Source: Promethearchaeota archaeon
Lineage (GTDB): Archaea; Asgardarchaeota; Lokiarchaeia; Sigyniarchaeales; SOKP01
DNA: 64,000 bases
Assembly: GCA_011364925.1 (NCBI GenBank)
Contig: RDOA01000004.1
Span: forward strand, 13,011 to 77,010
Reading direction: 5' to 3'
Below, one piece after another: positions 9,604-18,902 of the stretch (within the stretch, counting starts at the first letter, position 1; the number at the start of each line of letters is the position of its first letter). The notes beneath the pieces were generated by a model. That model saw nothing but the letters and a program-made list of their open reading frames with translations. It was not told the origin of the DNA and did not search any database. The translations under genes and the position numbers were made by a program.

Positions 9604-10359
9604 TTATATAATGGGAATCTTTCCCACTGGGGCAATTAAAACCACAAACTCATTTTTTCCATCTAATCCTAGCAAAGTATCGAACTTTTTTTGCTCATAA
9701 TACCCAATAGCAACCGTGCCTAAATCTAGTGCTTCGCAGGCGAGGTATAAGTTTTGAGAAACATGTCCTAAGTCTATGGCAATGAATTTGTGAGCAAGAA
9801 TAGTGTATCGCCACTCCGTTCGATAAGGAACTGCTACCCAACAGAACACTACTGCTCCTTTTCCAACAAACTTTTGATCGTAAGCTAATTCTCCAATTTT
9901 CTGTTCCGAATTTTCAATATTTTTTATAAATAATAGTCGGTGTTTAAAAGAAATATAACGATACAAACCTGGATCGATTCCTTCTACGCGATTAATTATA
10001 AGGTAAGTCTCGAATGGACTTTTTGCACCAGCGGAAGGAACGGTTCGCATAACTCCTGCTCTTTTTTTAAAAGCTCTCTTTACTCCTTGCGTACACCAGA
10101 GTAGAAATGATAACTCCTCAAGTGTTATCGGTTCATCTGTGTAGTTTCTTCGACTCATCCTACGATTTACTAGCTCTAAAAATGATATGTTCCCAATCTC
10201 AAACTTAGTAGGAGGGATTAAATCAATTAACTTCCCAGTTTCGTTGTATGGCTTTTGGAATAATGGAAATGGTTTATTCTTACTTTCATCTGATTTTGGT
10301 ACTACTTTCGCATAGTCGTTTTTATCAAAAAAATGCAAAAATTGTCTATTTTCTTCCAT
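9604..10359 (-). CDS. SagB/ThcOx-type nitroreductase-family flavoprotein
   Basis: RRMSRRNY, LSFLLWCTQG, RTVPSAGA, GLYRY, DLGHVSQNLYL. Confidence 0.85.
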   Translation of the reverse strand: MEENRQFLHFFDKNDYAKVVPKSDESKNKPFPLFQKPYNETGKLIDLIPPTKFEIGNISFLELVNRRMSRRNYTDEPITLEELSFLLWCTQGVKRAFKKRAGVMRTVPSAGAKSPFETYLIINRVEGIDPGLYRYISFKHRLLFIKNIENSEQKIGELAYDQKFVGKGAVVFCWVAVPYRTEWRYTILAHKFIAIDLGHVSQNLYLACEALDLGTVAIGYYEQKKFDTLLGLDGKNEFVVLIAPVGKIPII

Positions 10360-10441
10360 AGAACATTACCTAAATAAAAGAAAATTGGCTACTTCATAAG
10401 TTTATTCTATTATTGTTAACAAGAACTTTGAGCTTTACAAA

Positions 10442-11080
10442 TCATTTCTCTTCTAACGCAAAAATCTTATGCGCATCCTTCAGTCTTAAAAGAGCAGTTA
10501 GAAAGACTAATACTGCAAATATCCACAGAATTTCAAAAAGCCACGGAATTAAGAGAATTAAAGCTATTAAAAACAAAAAAGTCTCAGAACGCTCGATGAG
10601 CCCACTCTGATACATCATTACTTTTGAAGTTTTTCCCGACTCATTTCTTTTCATAACTCCGCCAACAATAAGAACCATAGAAGTGCACAAGACAATCGCT
10701 GCTAAAGAAAACACTCCTGGTATTGAAAGGTTCGATGGATCGGTTGCCACAATTGCAATTATTATAGATACTTCAACTAAGCGATCACAAAAAATATCTA
10801 AAATACCTCCAAAGATTGTATAACCTTCAATTCGAGCAATAGGACCATCCATTGTATCAATTACGAAAGAAATAATCGTAAATGTTAAAGAGAATGCAAT
10901 GAATAATCCTGTGAAATCTATATATATGCAGCTTGAATATGCGCATACCGCACCAATCAGTCCTGTAACTAATCCTAAAACAGTCAGTTGATTAGCAGAA
11001 ATCCTATTTTGCAAAATTCTTCTGATAAACTTCTCGTAATTTTCCTTAAATTTCGTTCTAGAAAGCCACTTATCTATCAT
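10442..11080 (-). CDS. CDP-alcohol phosphatidyltransferase
   Basis: ANQLT and signature DxxDGxxAR-x7-GxxxDxxxD (DTMDGPIARIEGYTIFGGILDIFCD); multiple TM segments. Confidence 0.88.
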   Translation of the reverse strand: MIDKWLSRTKFKENYEKFIRRILQNRISANQLTVLGLVTGLIGAVCAYSSCIYIDFTGLFIAFSLTFTIISFVIDTMDGPIARIEGYTIFGGILDIFCDRLVEVSIIIAIVATDPSNLSIPGVFSLAAIVLCTSMVLIVGGVMKRNESGKTSKVMMYQSGLIERSETFLFLIALILLIPWLFEILWIFAVLVFLTALLRLKDAHKIFALEEK

Positions 11081-11682
11081 ATTGAAATACCACTTTTTCT
11101 CAATTCTTCTCGTAAATTTGTTTCTGGTTTATTCCAAATAGTTTTCATACCGAGCTTTTTAGCCGGCTTTAGGTAAAATAAAACATCGTCGATGAACAAA
11201 CTCTCTTCAGGAATAAGATGGTAACGATTAAGTAATATTAAATAAAGCTTTTTTTCAGGTTTGATAGCCTTTTCGAATCCAGAAATAATCTGTCCGTCAA
11301 ATAAATGAAAAATATCATACTTTTTCTCGATATAAACATAAGTTTCCTTTATAAAATTAGATAAAACAAAGATTTTAAAACCTATGTCTCGTAATTCCTT
11401 TACGATTTTCATATTTTCTTCGATAGGTATAAGCATTTCCATCCAATGTTCAAAAAACAACCGTAAAAAAGCCTCTTCACCAGGATATTTAGCTATAAAG
11501 GTTTTTTCAGCGTTCTCTAAAGAAATTGTTCCCCGATCTAGCTCCACCCATACGCTACTTCGAAAGATTTTAGCGATAAATTCATTAATGTATTCAGCAT
11601 CGTTGGTGAATCTTAAAAGAAATTCACTTGGTTGGAACTTTAATAGAACATTTCCTAAATCGAAAATGATGTTCTTTATCAT
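11077..11682 (-). CDS. HAD-superfamily phosphatase (YihX-like)
   Basis: IIFDLGNVL, LSN, KP, FIDD; ATGA overlap with the downstream gene. Confidence 0.88.
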   Translation of the reverse strand: MIKNIIFDLGNVLLKFQPSEFLLRFTNDAEYINEFIAKIFRSSVWVELDRGTISLENAEKTFIAKYPGEEAFLRLFFEHWMEMLIPIEENMKIVKELRDIGFKIFVLSNFIKETYVYIEKKYDIFHLFDGQIISGFEKAIKPEKKLYLILLNRYHLIPEESLFIDDVLFYLKPAKKLGMKTIWNKPETNLREELRKSGISI

Positions 11683-11735
11683 CCTACACTAAATAATAAA
11701 ATTAAAAGAAATAAAAATTAATATCAAAAAGTAGG

Positions 11736-12575
11736 TTAATATTCGTTTGGCATTTTTTTGAGTTCTGCCAGTGAAAATACAGGTCCGTCTATACACACAT
11801 ACTTGCTTCCGATATTACATCTTCCACACTTTCCAATCCCACATTTCATCCTCATCTCTAAGGAATTGAGAATCTGCTCGTCTTTCCAACCAATTTTCAC
11901 GAGCTCATCAACAGCGGTCCTAATCATAATTGGAGGACCACAGATAATTGCTACTGCGTTATCCGGAGAAGGAGCAACTTCTTTAACTATTGCGGCTACA
12001 AATCCTACTTTTCGCGTCCACCCTTCCTCCTCGCGATCAATCGTCAAAACTACATCAATATCGTCTCGCTTTTCCCACTCTTCGAGAACATCTCGATAAA
12101 GAACCTCTCCCGAATCTCTATTCCCATAGATTACAGTTACGTTTCCATAATCTTTTCTATGTTTCTCATCTAGAATATACAAAATGAGGGATCGTAATGT
12201 TGAGAACGCAAATCCACCGCCAATTACCACAATGTTTTTTCCTTTCAGTTCCTCGATTGGCCACCCGTTCCCTAACGGCCCTCTCACGCCAATTGTATCT
12301 CCAATATCACTTCTATGGAACATAGAAGTAACAGTTCCCATTTTCTTAATCGTAAATTTAATACTACCTTCTTCAGTAGGAGACGATGCGATCCCAATCG
12401 GACATTCTCCTTTACCTATAATGCTTATTTCTGCAAATTGACCTGGAATATAATCAAAACTTTTGTAATCGTCTTCTTTTTGGAACTGTAATTCAATCGT
12501 TTTAATGTCATTAACTTTATTTTCTGAAATTATTGATTTTACTTTTGTAAGTATTGGGATGTAAGGATTAGGCAT
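11736..12575 (-). CDS. flxA: FlxA-like FAD/NAD(P)-binding [2Fe-2S] subunit (PyrK/AsrB family)
   Basis: PGQF, GPLGNG, GGG, CGPPIM, MKCGIGKCGRC...VCIDGPVF. Start placed at ATG 12575 (MPNPY), overlapping the upstream stop; ORF track extends to 12623. Confidence 0.85.
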   Translation of the reverse strand: MPNPYIPILTKVKSIISENKVNDIKTIELQFQKEDDYKSFDYIPGQFAEISIIGKGECPIGIASSPTEEGSIKFTIKKMGTVTSMFHRSDIGDTIGVRGPLGNGWPIEELKGKNIVVIGGGFAFSTLRSLILYILDEKHRKDYGNVTVIYGNRDSGEVLYRDVLEEWEKRDDIDVVLTIDREEEGWTRKVGFVAAIVKEVAPSPDNAVAIICGPPIMIRTAVDELVKIGWKDEQILNSLEMRMKCGIGKCGRCNIGSKYVCIDGPVFSLAELKKMPNEY

Positions 12576-13629
12576 TTGCCTTCTCACCCTCTTCTTTTTG
12601 TTCAATTTCAAGGATTTTATCAATAATTAATCGAAGCTCGTTATTAACTGGACAGGCTACGATACACCTACCGCATCCAACGCACCCTAAGCGGTCGTAA
12701 TTGGAAGGATAATAGCTAAATTTGTGCATAATGCGGTTTCTACATCGTTGGATCTTTTCTGGGCGAGGGTTGTGACCGCTCGTTTCCAGCGTATAAAGAC
12801 ACGATTGGCAGGTGTCCCAAATCCGTATCCGCCTGCCTCGATGATTGTATTCGTCGTTTTCGTCGATCACATCAAAACATGTACAAGTGGGGCATAAGAA
12901 CGTACACGAACTGCATCCGATACAGCTTTCAGCGATCTCCTCCCAAACGGGATTTTCGAAGTTCTCGTCTAATACTTTTGTAACTAAATCAAAATTAAAT
13001 TTAGTGGTAAATGACTCCTCTGCTTGCTTTGCCAGCGCTTTAGACTTTTCTACATCCCCCTTTTTCGCGTCAGTAAGCCAGGATAATTTTTTAACCAGAT
13101 CTTTACCTTTTTCCGTAATAGTTTCAACTAAATAATAATCCCCTAAATCTGAGAGAAAGACATCAGTCGATTCTTTTTGGTATGGATGACCTCCAACAGA
13201 CGTACAAAAACACGACTGCCTTGGTTCATTGCATCCTATACCGATAATCGTCGCATTCTCTCGCTTCTTTAGAAACACATCGTCTTGAAATTCACCGAAA
13301 GCAAAAAAGTCTTCTAATAGTTTAAAACTATAGGCGTCGCAAGGTCGAACTCCAAAGATTAATAGCTTATCCTCTAAATCTTTCCGTTCATCGATTATGA
13401 CGTCTTTCCCCTCGTAATGATACTCAAAGATCGTTTCTTTTTGAGGAAATAATACGTCTTTCGGGGGAACTTTCGAATTAAGGTAATCTAACTCGATCTC
13501 TTTCGCGTCTGAGATCAATTCAAAGGAGATATTACCCCTCACCTTTTTTGGGGCATAAAAATTATATTCGTCTTTAACTTCATTAAATAACTTGCTAATA
13601 TCGCTCTTCTTTAATAACTTTTCATCCAT
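12568..13629 (-). CDS. flxB: FlxB-like 4Fe-4S protein (AsrA family)
   Basis: GVRPCD, CFC, CIGCSSCTFLCPTCTCF, WDTC, CVGCGRCIVACP. Confidence 0.85.
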   Translation of the reverse strand: MDEKLLKKSDISKLFNEVKDEYNFYAPKKVRGNISFELISDAKEIELDYLNSKVPPKDVLFPQKETIFEYHYEGKDVIIDERKDLEDKLLIFGVRPCDAYSFKLLEDFFAFGEFQDDVFLKKRENATIIGIGCNEPRQSCFCTSVGGHPYQKESTDVFLSDLGDYYLVETITEKGKDLVKKLSWLTDAKKGDVEKSKALAKQAEESFTTKFNFDLVTKVLDENFENPVWEEIAESCIGCSSCTFLCPTCTCFDVIDENDEYNHRGRRIRIWDTCQSCLYTLETSGHNPRPEKIQRCRNRIMHKFSYYPSNYDRLGCVGCGRCIVACPVNNELRLIIDKILEIEQKEEGEKANA

Positions 13630-13631
13630 AT

Positions 13632-14663
13632 CTAATCCTCCTCTAACATAAATTCTTCTGCGTCCTCCATTTTAAAATCTGTCATCGGCGGTAACGTGTC
13701 AGGATCGAGGCCTGAAGTAAAATCGAATCGTTGTTTCACAATTTTTTCCAACTTTCTATTGATAAAGTTGAGATCGATTCCCATTGGGCAGACTAACGAG
13801 CAAGCACCGCAAGCCACGCACCTCCCTGCCATGTGCATCGCGCGGATCAAGTGATATACGATAATGTCTGGCATGTCCGTCGTTTTCCCGAACCAGATCG
13901 GCTTGTTCTGGTCCACAAAACAGAGGTTGCAATAACACATAGGACAGGCTTCTCGACACGCGTAGCACCTCGTGCACACGCTTAAAGCGTCTTGGATATA
14001 TGCCCACTTTTCTTCTGGAGATTTCGCCTCGAACTCCGCGATATCGTCAAATTCGTCTACAATACTTGCATACTCCTCGCACGCACCAACGTGCAGATCT
14101 GGAAACTTGGAAACTAAAGGAGGACTCCTAATCTTGCACTGTTTGCATAACTCGTTCATATATTCATCGAAAGGAAACTCCTTTTCAAAGTTTTTCCCTT
14201 TCACGACGATGTTATTTCCGGACGCAGTAACTTCGAGAATTTCTTTTTCGCCAATTTCCATCTCGATCCGTTGCCGGTTAATAACACCGTTGCAAGGAAT
14301 TCCTATAATCGTAATCTCGTCTAAATTAATTCTATTTTCAGATGCTAAGTGAATTAACGCTCTCCCCACGCATCCCTTAGCCACCACGCCCACTTTAAGA
14401 TTGCCTTTTTCGGGATCCACGAATTTTGCAACCCTTGGGACGAGATACTTCGCTAGATTTACGTAGCAAGTATTGTTCCATAGCAATTTGTCTACATCTT
14501 CCTCCTTGTCGATGATAATTGGTTGAGACATCATCGGTAGCGTTCCTTTTTTATACCCAATTATCACGTCTACTTTCTTTTCTTTGAGCAAGCCTCTTGC
14601 AAGTTCTCGCATATTGCTCTCTATCTCTTTATTTTCTTCTTCAAGTCCCACGATCATCACCAT
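13632..14663 (-). CDS. flxC: FlxC-like 4Fe-4S protein
   Basis: CTRCYACREACPMCYC, H.AGRCVACGACSLVCP; lies between mvhD and flxB. Confidence 0.8.
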   Translation of the reverse strand: MVMIVGLEEENKEIESNMRELARGLLKEKKVDVIIGYKKGTLPMMSQPIIIDKEEDVDKLLWNNTCYVNLAKYLVPRVAKFVDPEKGNLKVGVVAKGCVGRALIHLASENRINLDEITIIGIPCNGVINRQRIEMEIGEKEILEVTASGNNIVVKGKNFEKEFPFDEYMNELCKQCKIRSPPLVSKFPDLHVGACEEYASIVDEFDDIAEFEAKSPEEKWAYIQDALSVCTRCYACREACPMCYCNLCFVDQNKPIWFGKTTDMPDIIVYHLIRAMHMAGRCVACGACSLVCPMGIDLNFINRKLEKIVKQRFDFTSGLDPDTLPPMTDFKMEDAEEFMLEED

Positions 14664-15115
14664 TTCTTCTCAAATTTTTTGTTTGGTCCCAATTTTTTCA
14701 CGATTTCGGTTGCTTTCCGAATTAACACGGCGAAACGCTCGCCTTCTGCGGCGGAAGCCCACATAAAGTTAACTCTTCCGGGTTCTATGCCGAAAAACTC
14801 TAACAGTTCTTTCAAAATCGCAAACCTTCGACGGGCTACCAAATTTCCACTAATATAGTGGCAATCGCCGGGATGACATCCAGAAACGACGACTCCATCC
14901 CAACCATCGGTTAAACTCTTAATAATGAAATAAGCGTTAATCCTTCCCGAGCAAGGAACTCTAACAATCCTTATATTAGGAGGGTATTGGATTCTACTTA
15001 CGCCCGCTAAATCGGCTCCCGCGTAAGAACACCAATTACACAAAAACGCAATAATTTTTGGCTCCCATTTTTCACTTTCAGTCTGTTTTTCAATAGCTTG
15101 TTCTGTCATTTTCAC
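14657..15115 (-). CDS. mvhD: MvhD/FlxD [2Fe-2S] subunit
   Basis: FLCNWCSYAGADLAG, RVPCSGR, GCHPGDCHY. Confidence 0.92.
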   Translation of the reverse strand: MKMTEQAIEKQTESEKWEPKIIAFLCNWCSYAGADLAGVSRIQYPPNIRIVRVPCSGRINAYFIIKSLTDGWDGVVVSGCHPGDCHYISGNLVARRRFAILKELLEFFGIEPGRVNFMWASAAEGERFAVLIRKATEIVKKLGPNKKFEKKW

Positions 15116-18100
15116 AACCTCCCAGTTATCATAGCATATATTTGTTCAGATGTAAACCCTGCTACATCTATTGCAGCACACCTACAATTTCCTGAACAAG
15201 CACCACATCCTTTACAAAGTGCTTGATTAATAACAGCAACGGTACCAAATCTTCGATCCTCTATCAATTCTATCGCATTATATGCACAATTATCAATACA
15301 CATACCGCAACCGCTACATCTAGAAGGATCGACAGAAGCAATCTTGCCCTCGGCTTCTATTTCATCTTTTGAAAGAATTGTACACGCTCTTGAAACTGCA
15401 GCATTAGCTTGAGAAATTGAATCTTCGATTGTTTTCGGACAATGGGCTAATCCAGCGACAAACACTCCTTCAGTTGCAAAATCAACAGGTCGTAATTTTA
15501 CATGAGCCTCTAAAAAGAAATTATCGTCATTTAAAGGTACTTTTAGCATTTTACCAAGTTCTTCATTCTCCTCATGAGGTGCAACAATTCCAGCACTTAA
15601 TACAAGTAAATCTGTGGGTATTAATAGATTGCCTACTTTTTTGGCTTTGACATCTACCTTTAAGGAAGAACCATTTACAGTAACTTCAGGGGGATAATTT
15701 TCGTCAAATCGAAGGAAAATAACTCCTGCTTCTCTTGCTTTTCTATAATATGTTTCTTTAAACCCATAAGTTCTAATATCTCGGAATAAAATTATTATTT
15801 CTTTTTCTGGATGTAGCTTTTTTACTAATAACGCATTTTTTATAGCTTCAGCGCAACACATTTTACTACAGTAAGGATGATCATCGTTTCTAGAACCTAC
15901 ACACTGTATCATTACAATAGTATTTTTATCTTTTATAGCTCCATTTGTATTTAGAATTTTTTCAAATTCTGATTGTAAAATTACATTCTTATTTTGACCA
16001 TAAAGATATTCTTTAGGTTTATACTCTTTAGCTCCTGTTGCAACAACAACGACTCCATGCTCAAATTCTACTCTATCTTTATTCGGACCGTGTAATACTG
16101 TTGTTTTAAAATTGCCTATATATCCGTTTATAGTTTCAATCTCAGCGTCAAGATAAACATGAATAAATTTATTTGAATTTATTTTTTCAATTAAATTTGA
16201 CAGATAAGCTTGGACATCCCCGCCCTCAAGCGTATGATATATATGATTAGCAAAACCACCTAATTTTGACTCATTTTGAACTAAATGAGTTTCAATTTCT
16301 TGACTTGCAAAATTTAGAGCTGCAACCATGCCAGTAATCCCTCCACCGATAACCATGGCCTTTTTTGTGACTCCCAACTTTATCCTGTCTATCGGAGCAA
16401 TTCTACGAGCTTTATTAACAGCCATTCTCACAAGGTCTTTTGCTTTCTCTGTAGCTTTTTCAGGTTGGTTCATATGGACCCATGAGCACTGATCTCTAAT
16501 ATTAGCCATTTGAAACAAGTATCTATTTAATCCTGCTTCCCGTATCGTTTCTTGGAATAGGGGTTCATGAGTTCTTGGTGTGCATGAAGCTACAATAACA
16601 CGATTTAAATGATATTCTTCAATTTTTTCTTTAATGATCCCTTGAGTGTCCGCTGAGCATGTATACAGATTTCTATCGGACATAACTACATTTGGAAGAG
16701 TAGCTGCATAACGAGTTACTTCTGGTACATCTACATATCCACCTATGTTAATTCCACAATGGCATATAAATACTCCGATTCTTGGAGGTTGACCTGCTAC
16801 AAAAATTTCAGGTGGTAAGGTTTTTTCTGTAATTAATTTACCTCTTTCAGAAAATAGAATTTGATCAACACATCCAGCGGCTGCACTTGCTTGAGTAACT
16901 GTTTCAGGAATGTCTTTAGGTTGGGAAAAAGCTCCACAAGCAAAAATTCCAGGTTTGGTCGTTTGTACTGGATTAAAAATATCAGTTTCAGCAAAACCGT
17001 ATGGGTTTAATTTTATTCCAAACTTGTCAGCAAGATGTTGTGCGTCACGTGGAGGATTTAATCCAACTCCCAATACTACCATATTATAGACTTCTTCTAT
17101 AACCTCTTCATCTTCATTTTCATATCTTAAGATTAGATCTTTTGTTTTATGATCTTCATCTATAGAAGAAATGCGACTTCTAATATACCTAACACCGTAT
17201 TCTTCTTGAGCTCTTATAATATATTTATCAAAGTCTTTTCCATAGGCTCGAATATCCATGCTAAAAATGGTAGGTTTTACTTCATGTTGATGTTCATGAG
17301 CGATGACAGCTTCTTTAGCCGTATACATGCAACAAACAGAAGAGCAATACGGTTGACCTTCTCCTGTATAGTCCCGTGACCCTACGCATTGAAGAAAAGC
17401 AACTTTTTGTGGAATATCACCATCAGAAGGTCTTAGAACTCTTCCCGCATAAGGACCACTCGCACTTAATATACGCTCAAATTCAATGCTAGTAACAACA
17501 TTTTTGAATTTACCAAAACCATATTTATTAACCTCTGGAGGCAAATATTCATCGAAACCGGGGGCTAATATTATAGCACCAACATTGATATCAATAATTT
17601 CATCTTTTCTATCGTATTCAACGGCTTTAGCTTTACAAACTCCCGCACATACTCCACAACCTATACAATAATCTTTATTAATAGCATATACAAGCGGAAC
17701 TGCTTGTGGATATTTCACTGAAGTTGCAGCGTATTTTGCTAAACCTTCGTTGAATAAATCTATTGCCTCAACTGGGCAGTTTCGTCCACAAACACCGCAT
17801 CCAGTACATTTATCTGGATTAATATATAATGAATTCTTTTTTACCTTAACAGTGAAGTTTCCGGCTTGTCCCGAGACCTTTAAAATCTCACAATTAATAT
17901 TTAAATCAATATTCTGGTGACGTCCAGTTTCTACAAGCTTTGGACTTACAATACACATAGCACAATCATTTGTGGGAAAAGTTTTATCAAGTTGTGCCAT
18001 AACTCCACCTATACTTGTACTAGATTCGATTAAAAACACTTTTAACCCAGAATCACCTAAATCTAGCGCGGCTTGGGAACCCCCAATTCCAGCGCCTACA

Positions 18101-18126
18101 ATCATAACTGCACCTACTTTTTCCAT
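15112..18126 (-). CDS. hdrA: Heterodisulfide reductase subunit A-like, long form with two FAD modules
   Basis: GAGIGG, QLDKTFPTNDCAMC, QCVGSR..YCSSVCC, CHCG, CTPRTHE, second GGG and QCVGSR..YCSKMCC, C-terminal 2x[4Fe-4S]. Confidence 0.92.
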   Translation of the reverse strand: MEKVGAVMIVGAGIGGSQAALDLGDSGLKVFLIESSTSIGGVMAQLDKTFPTNDCAMCIVSPKLVETGRHQNIDLNINCEILKVSGQAGNFTVKVKKNSLYINPDKCTGCGVCGRNCPVEAIDLFNEGLAKYAATSVKYPQAVPLVYAINKDYCIGCGVCAGVCKAKAVEYDRKDEIIDINVGAIILAPGFDEYLPPEVNKYGFGKFKNVVTSIEFERILSASGPYAGRVLRPSDGDIPQKVAFLQCVGSRDYTGEGQPYCSSVCCMYTAKEAVIAHEHQHEVKPTIFSMDIRAYGKDFDKYIIRAQEEYGVRYIRSRISSIDEDHKTKDLILRYENEDEEVIEEVYNMVVLGVGLNPPRDAQHLADKFGIKLNPYGFAETDIFNPVQTTKPGIFACGAFSQPKDIPETVTQASAAAGCVDQILFSERGKLITEKTLPPEIFVAGQPPRIGVFICHCGINIGGYVDVPEVTRYAATLPNVVMSDRNLYTCSADTQGIIKEKIEEYHLNRVIVASCTPRTHEPLFQETIREAGLNRYLFQMANIRDQCSWVHMNQPEKATEKAKDLVRMAVNKARRIAPIDRIKLGVTKKAMVIGGGITGMVAALNFASQEIETHLVQNESKLGGFANHIYHTLEGGDVQAYLSNLIEKINSNKFIHVYLDAEIETINGYIGNFKTTVLHGPNKDRVEFEHGVVVVATGAKEYKPKEYLYGQNKNVILQSEFEKILNTNGAIKDKNTIVMIQCVGSRNDDHPYCSKMCCAEAIKNALLVKKLHPEKEIIILFRDIRTYGFKETYYRKAREAGVIFLRFDENYPPEVTVNGSSLKVDVKAKKVGNLLIPTDLLVLSAGIVAPHEENEELGKMLKVPLNDDNFFLEAHVKLRPVDFATEGVFVAGLAHCPKTIEDSISQANAAVSRACTILSKDEIEAEGKIASVDPSRCSGCGMCIDNCAYNAIELIEDRRFGTVAVINQALCKGCGACSGNCRCAAIDVAGFTSEQIYAMITGRL

Positions 18127-18138
18127 ATTTCATCCTCC

Positions 18139-18900
18139 TTATATTCTTTGAAACATTGGAGTAATTCCAACTATTTCTCCAAAATCAACTTGACCTCGAG
18201 CCTTTAAAATTGTCATATGTCCTAATACAATACTTGGATCTATTTGTAATTCGACTGCTAAGGCTTTTACGGATTTTCTATCCTCTCCTAATGAAATTAA
18301 TATCTGAGCACGTTCAAATTCTTCGACAATAGCACTATTAAAAATTTTCAAAAAAGTCTCCATATCTGTCTTTTCTCCATAAACATTTTCTTCTTCAGTA
18401 ATTTTTCTTTGTCTTCCAACTAGCTCTCGCATTCTTTCACCACTCGCGGCTACTTTTATTGCTTTTAATTTAGTAAGCATTGTTTGATCTGGATTATCAC
18501 TTCCCGTGGGTGCAGGGCCTAACGATTTAATATGCTCGGTAAATTCTGTTACAACTGCCCCATATCGGGCACCTTCAGAAGCAGAAACCCATTCTAGTCG
18601 AATTCTATTATCCATCCCAATAAGTTTAAGAAATTTCTGTACCATAGCAAATTTTTTTTCAGCTTCATAGTTTCCTTCGAGATAGTGACAATCTCCGATA
18701 TGACATCCCATAACAATAACACCATCAGCACCTACTTCAAATCCCTTAAAGATAAATGCAGGATCAACTCTACCACTGCACATAACTCGAATCACTCTAA
18801 TATTAGGAGGATACTGAACCCTACTTACGCCTGCCAAATCTGCACCTGCATAAGAACACCAATTACAAAGAAATCCTAATATTTTTGGTTCAAAACTCAT
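18139..18900 (-). CDS. mvhD: MvhD-like [2Fe-2S] subunit with a C-terminal extension ending in a winged-HTH-like segment
   Basis: LCNWCSYAGADLAG, VMCSGR, GCHIGDCHY; extra ~120 aa ending KSVKALAVELQIDPSIVLGHMTILKARGQV. Confidence 0.85.
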   Translation of the reverse strand: MSFEPKILGFLCNWCSYAGADLAGVSRVQYPPNIRVIRVMCSGRVDPAFIFKGFEVGADGVIVMGCHIGDCHYLEGNYEAEKKFAMVQKFLKLIGMDNRIRLEWVSASEGARYGAVVTEFTEHIKSLGPAPTGSDNPDQTMLTKLKAIKVAASGERMRELVGRQRKITEEENVYGEKTDMETFLKIFNSAIVEEFERAQILISLGEDRKSVKALAVELQIDPSIVLGHMTILKARGQVDFGEIVGITPMFQRI

Positions 18901-18902
18901 TT

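Noticed and set aside
9604-10359. Thiazole/oxazole RiPP cluster around the SagB-like gene
   Set aside because: No YcaO, E1-like protein or precursor peptide nearby; stand-alone SagB-type nitroreductases are common.
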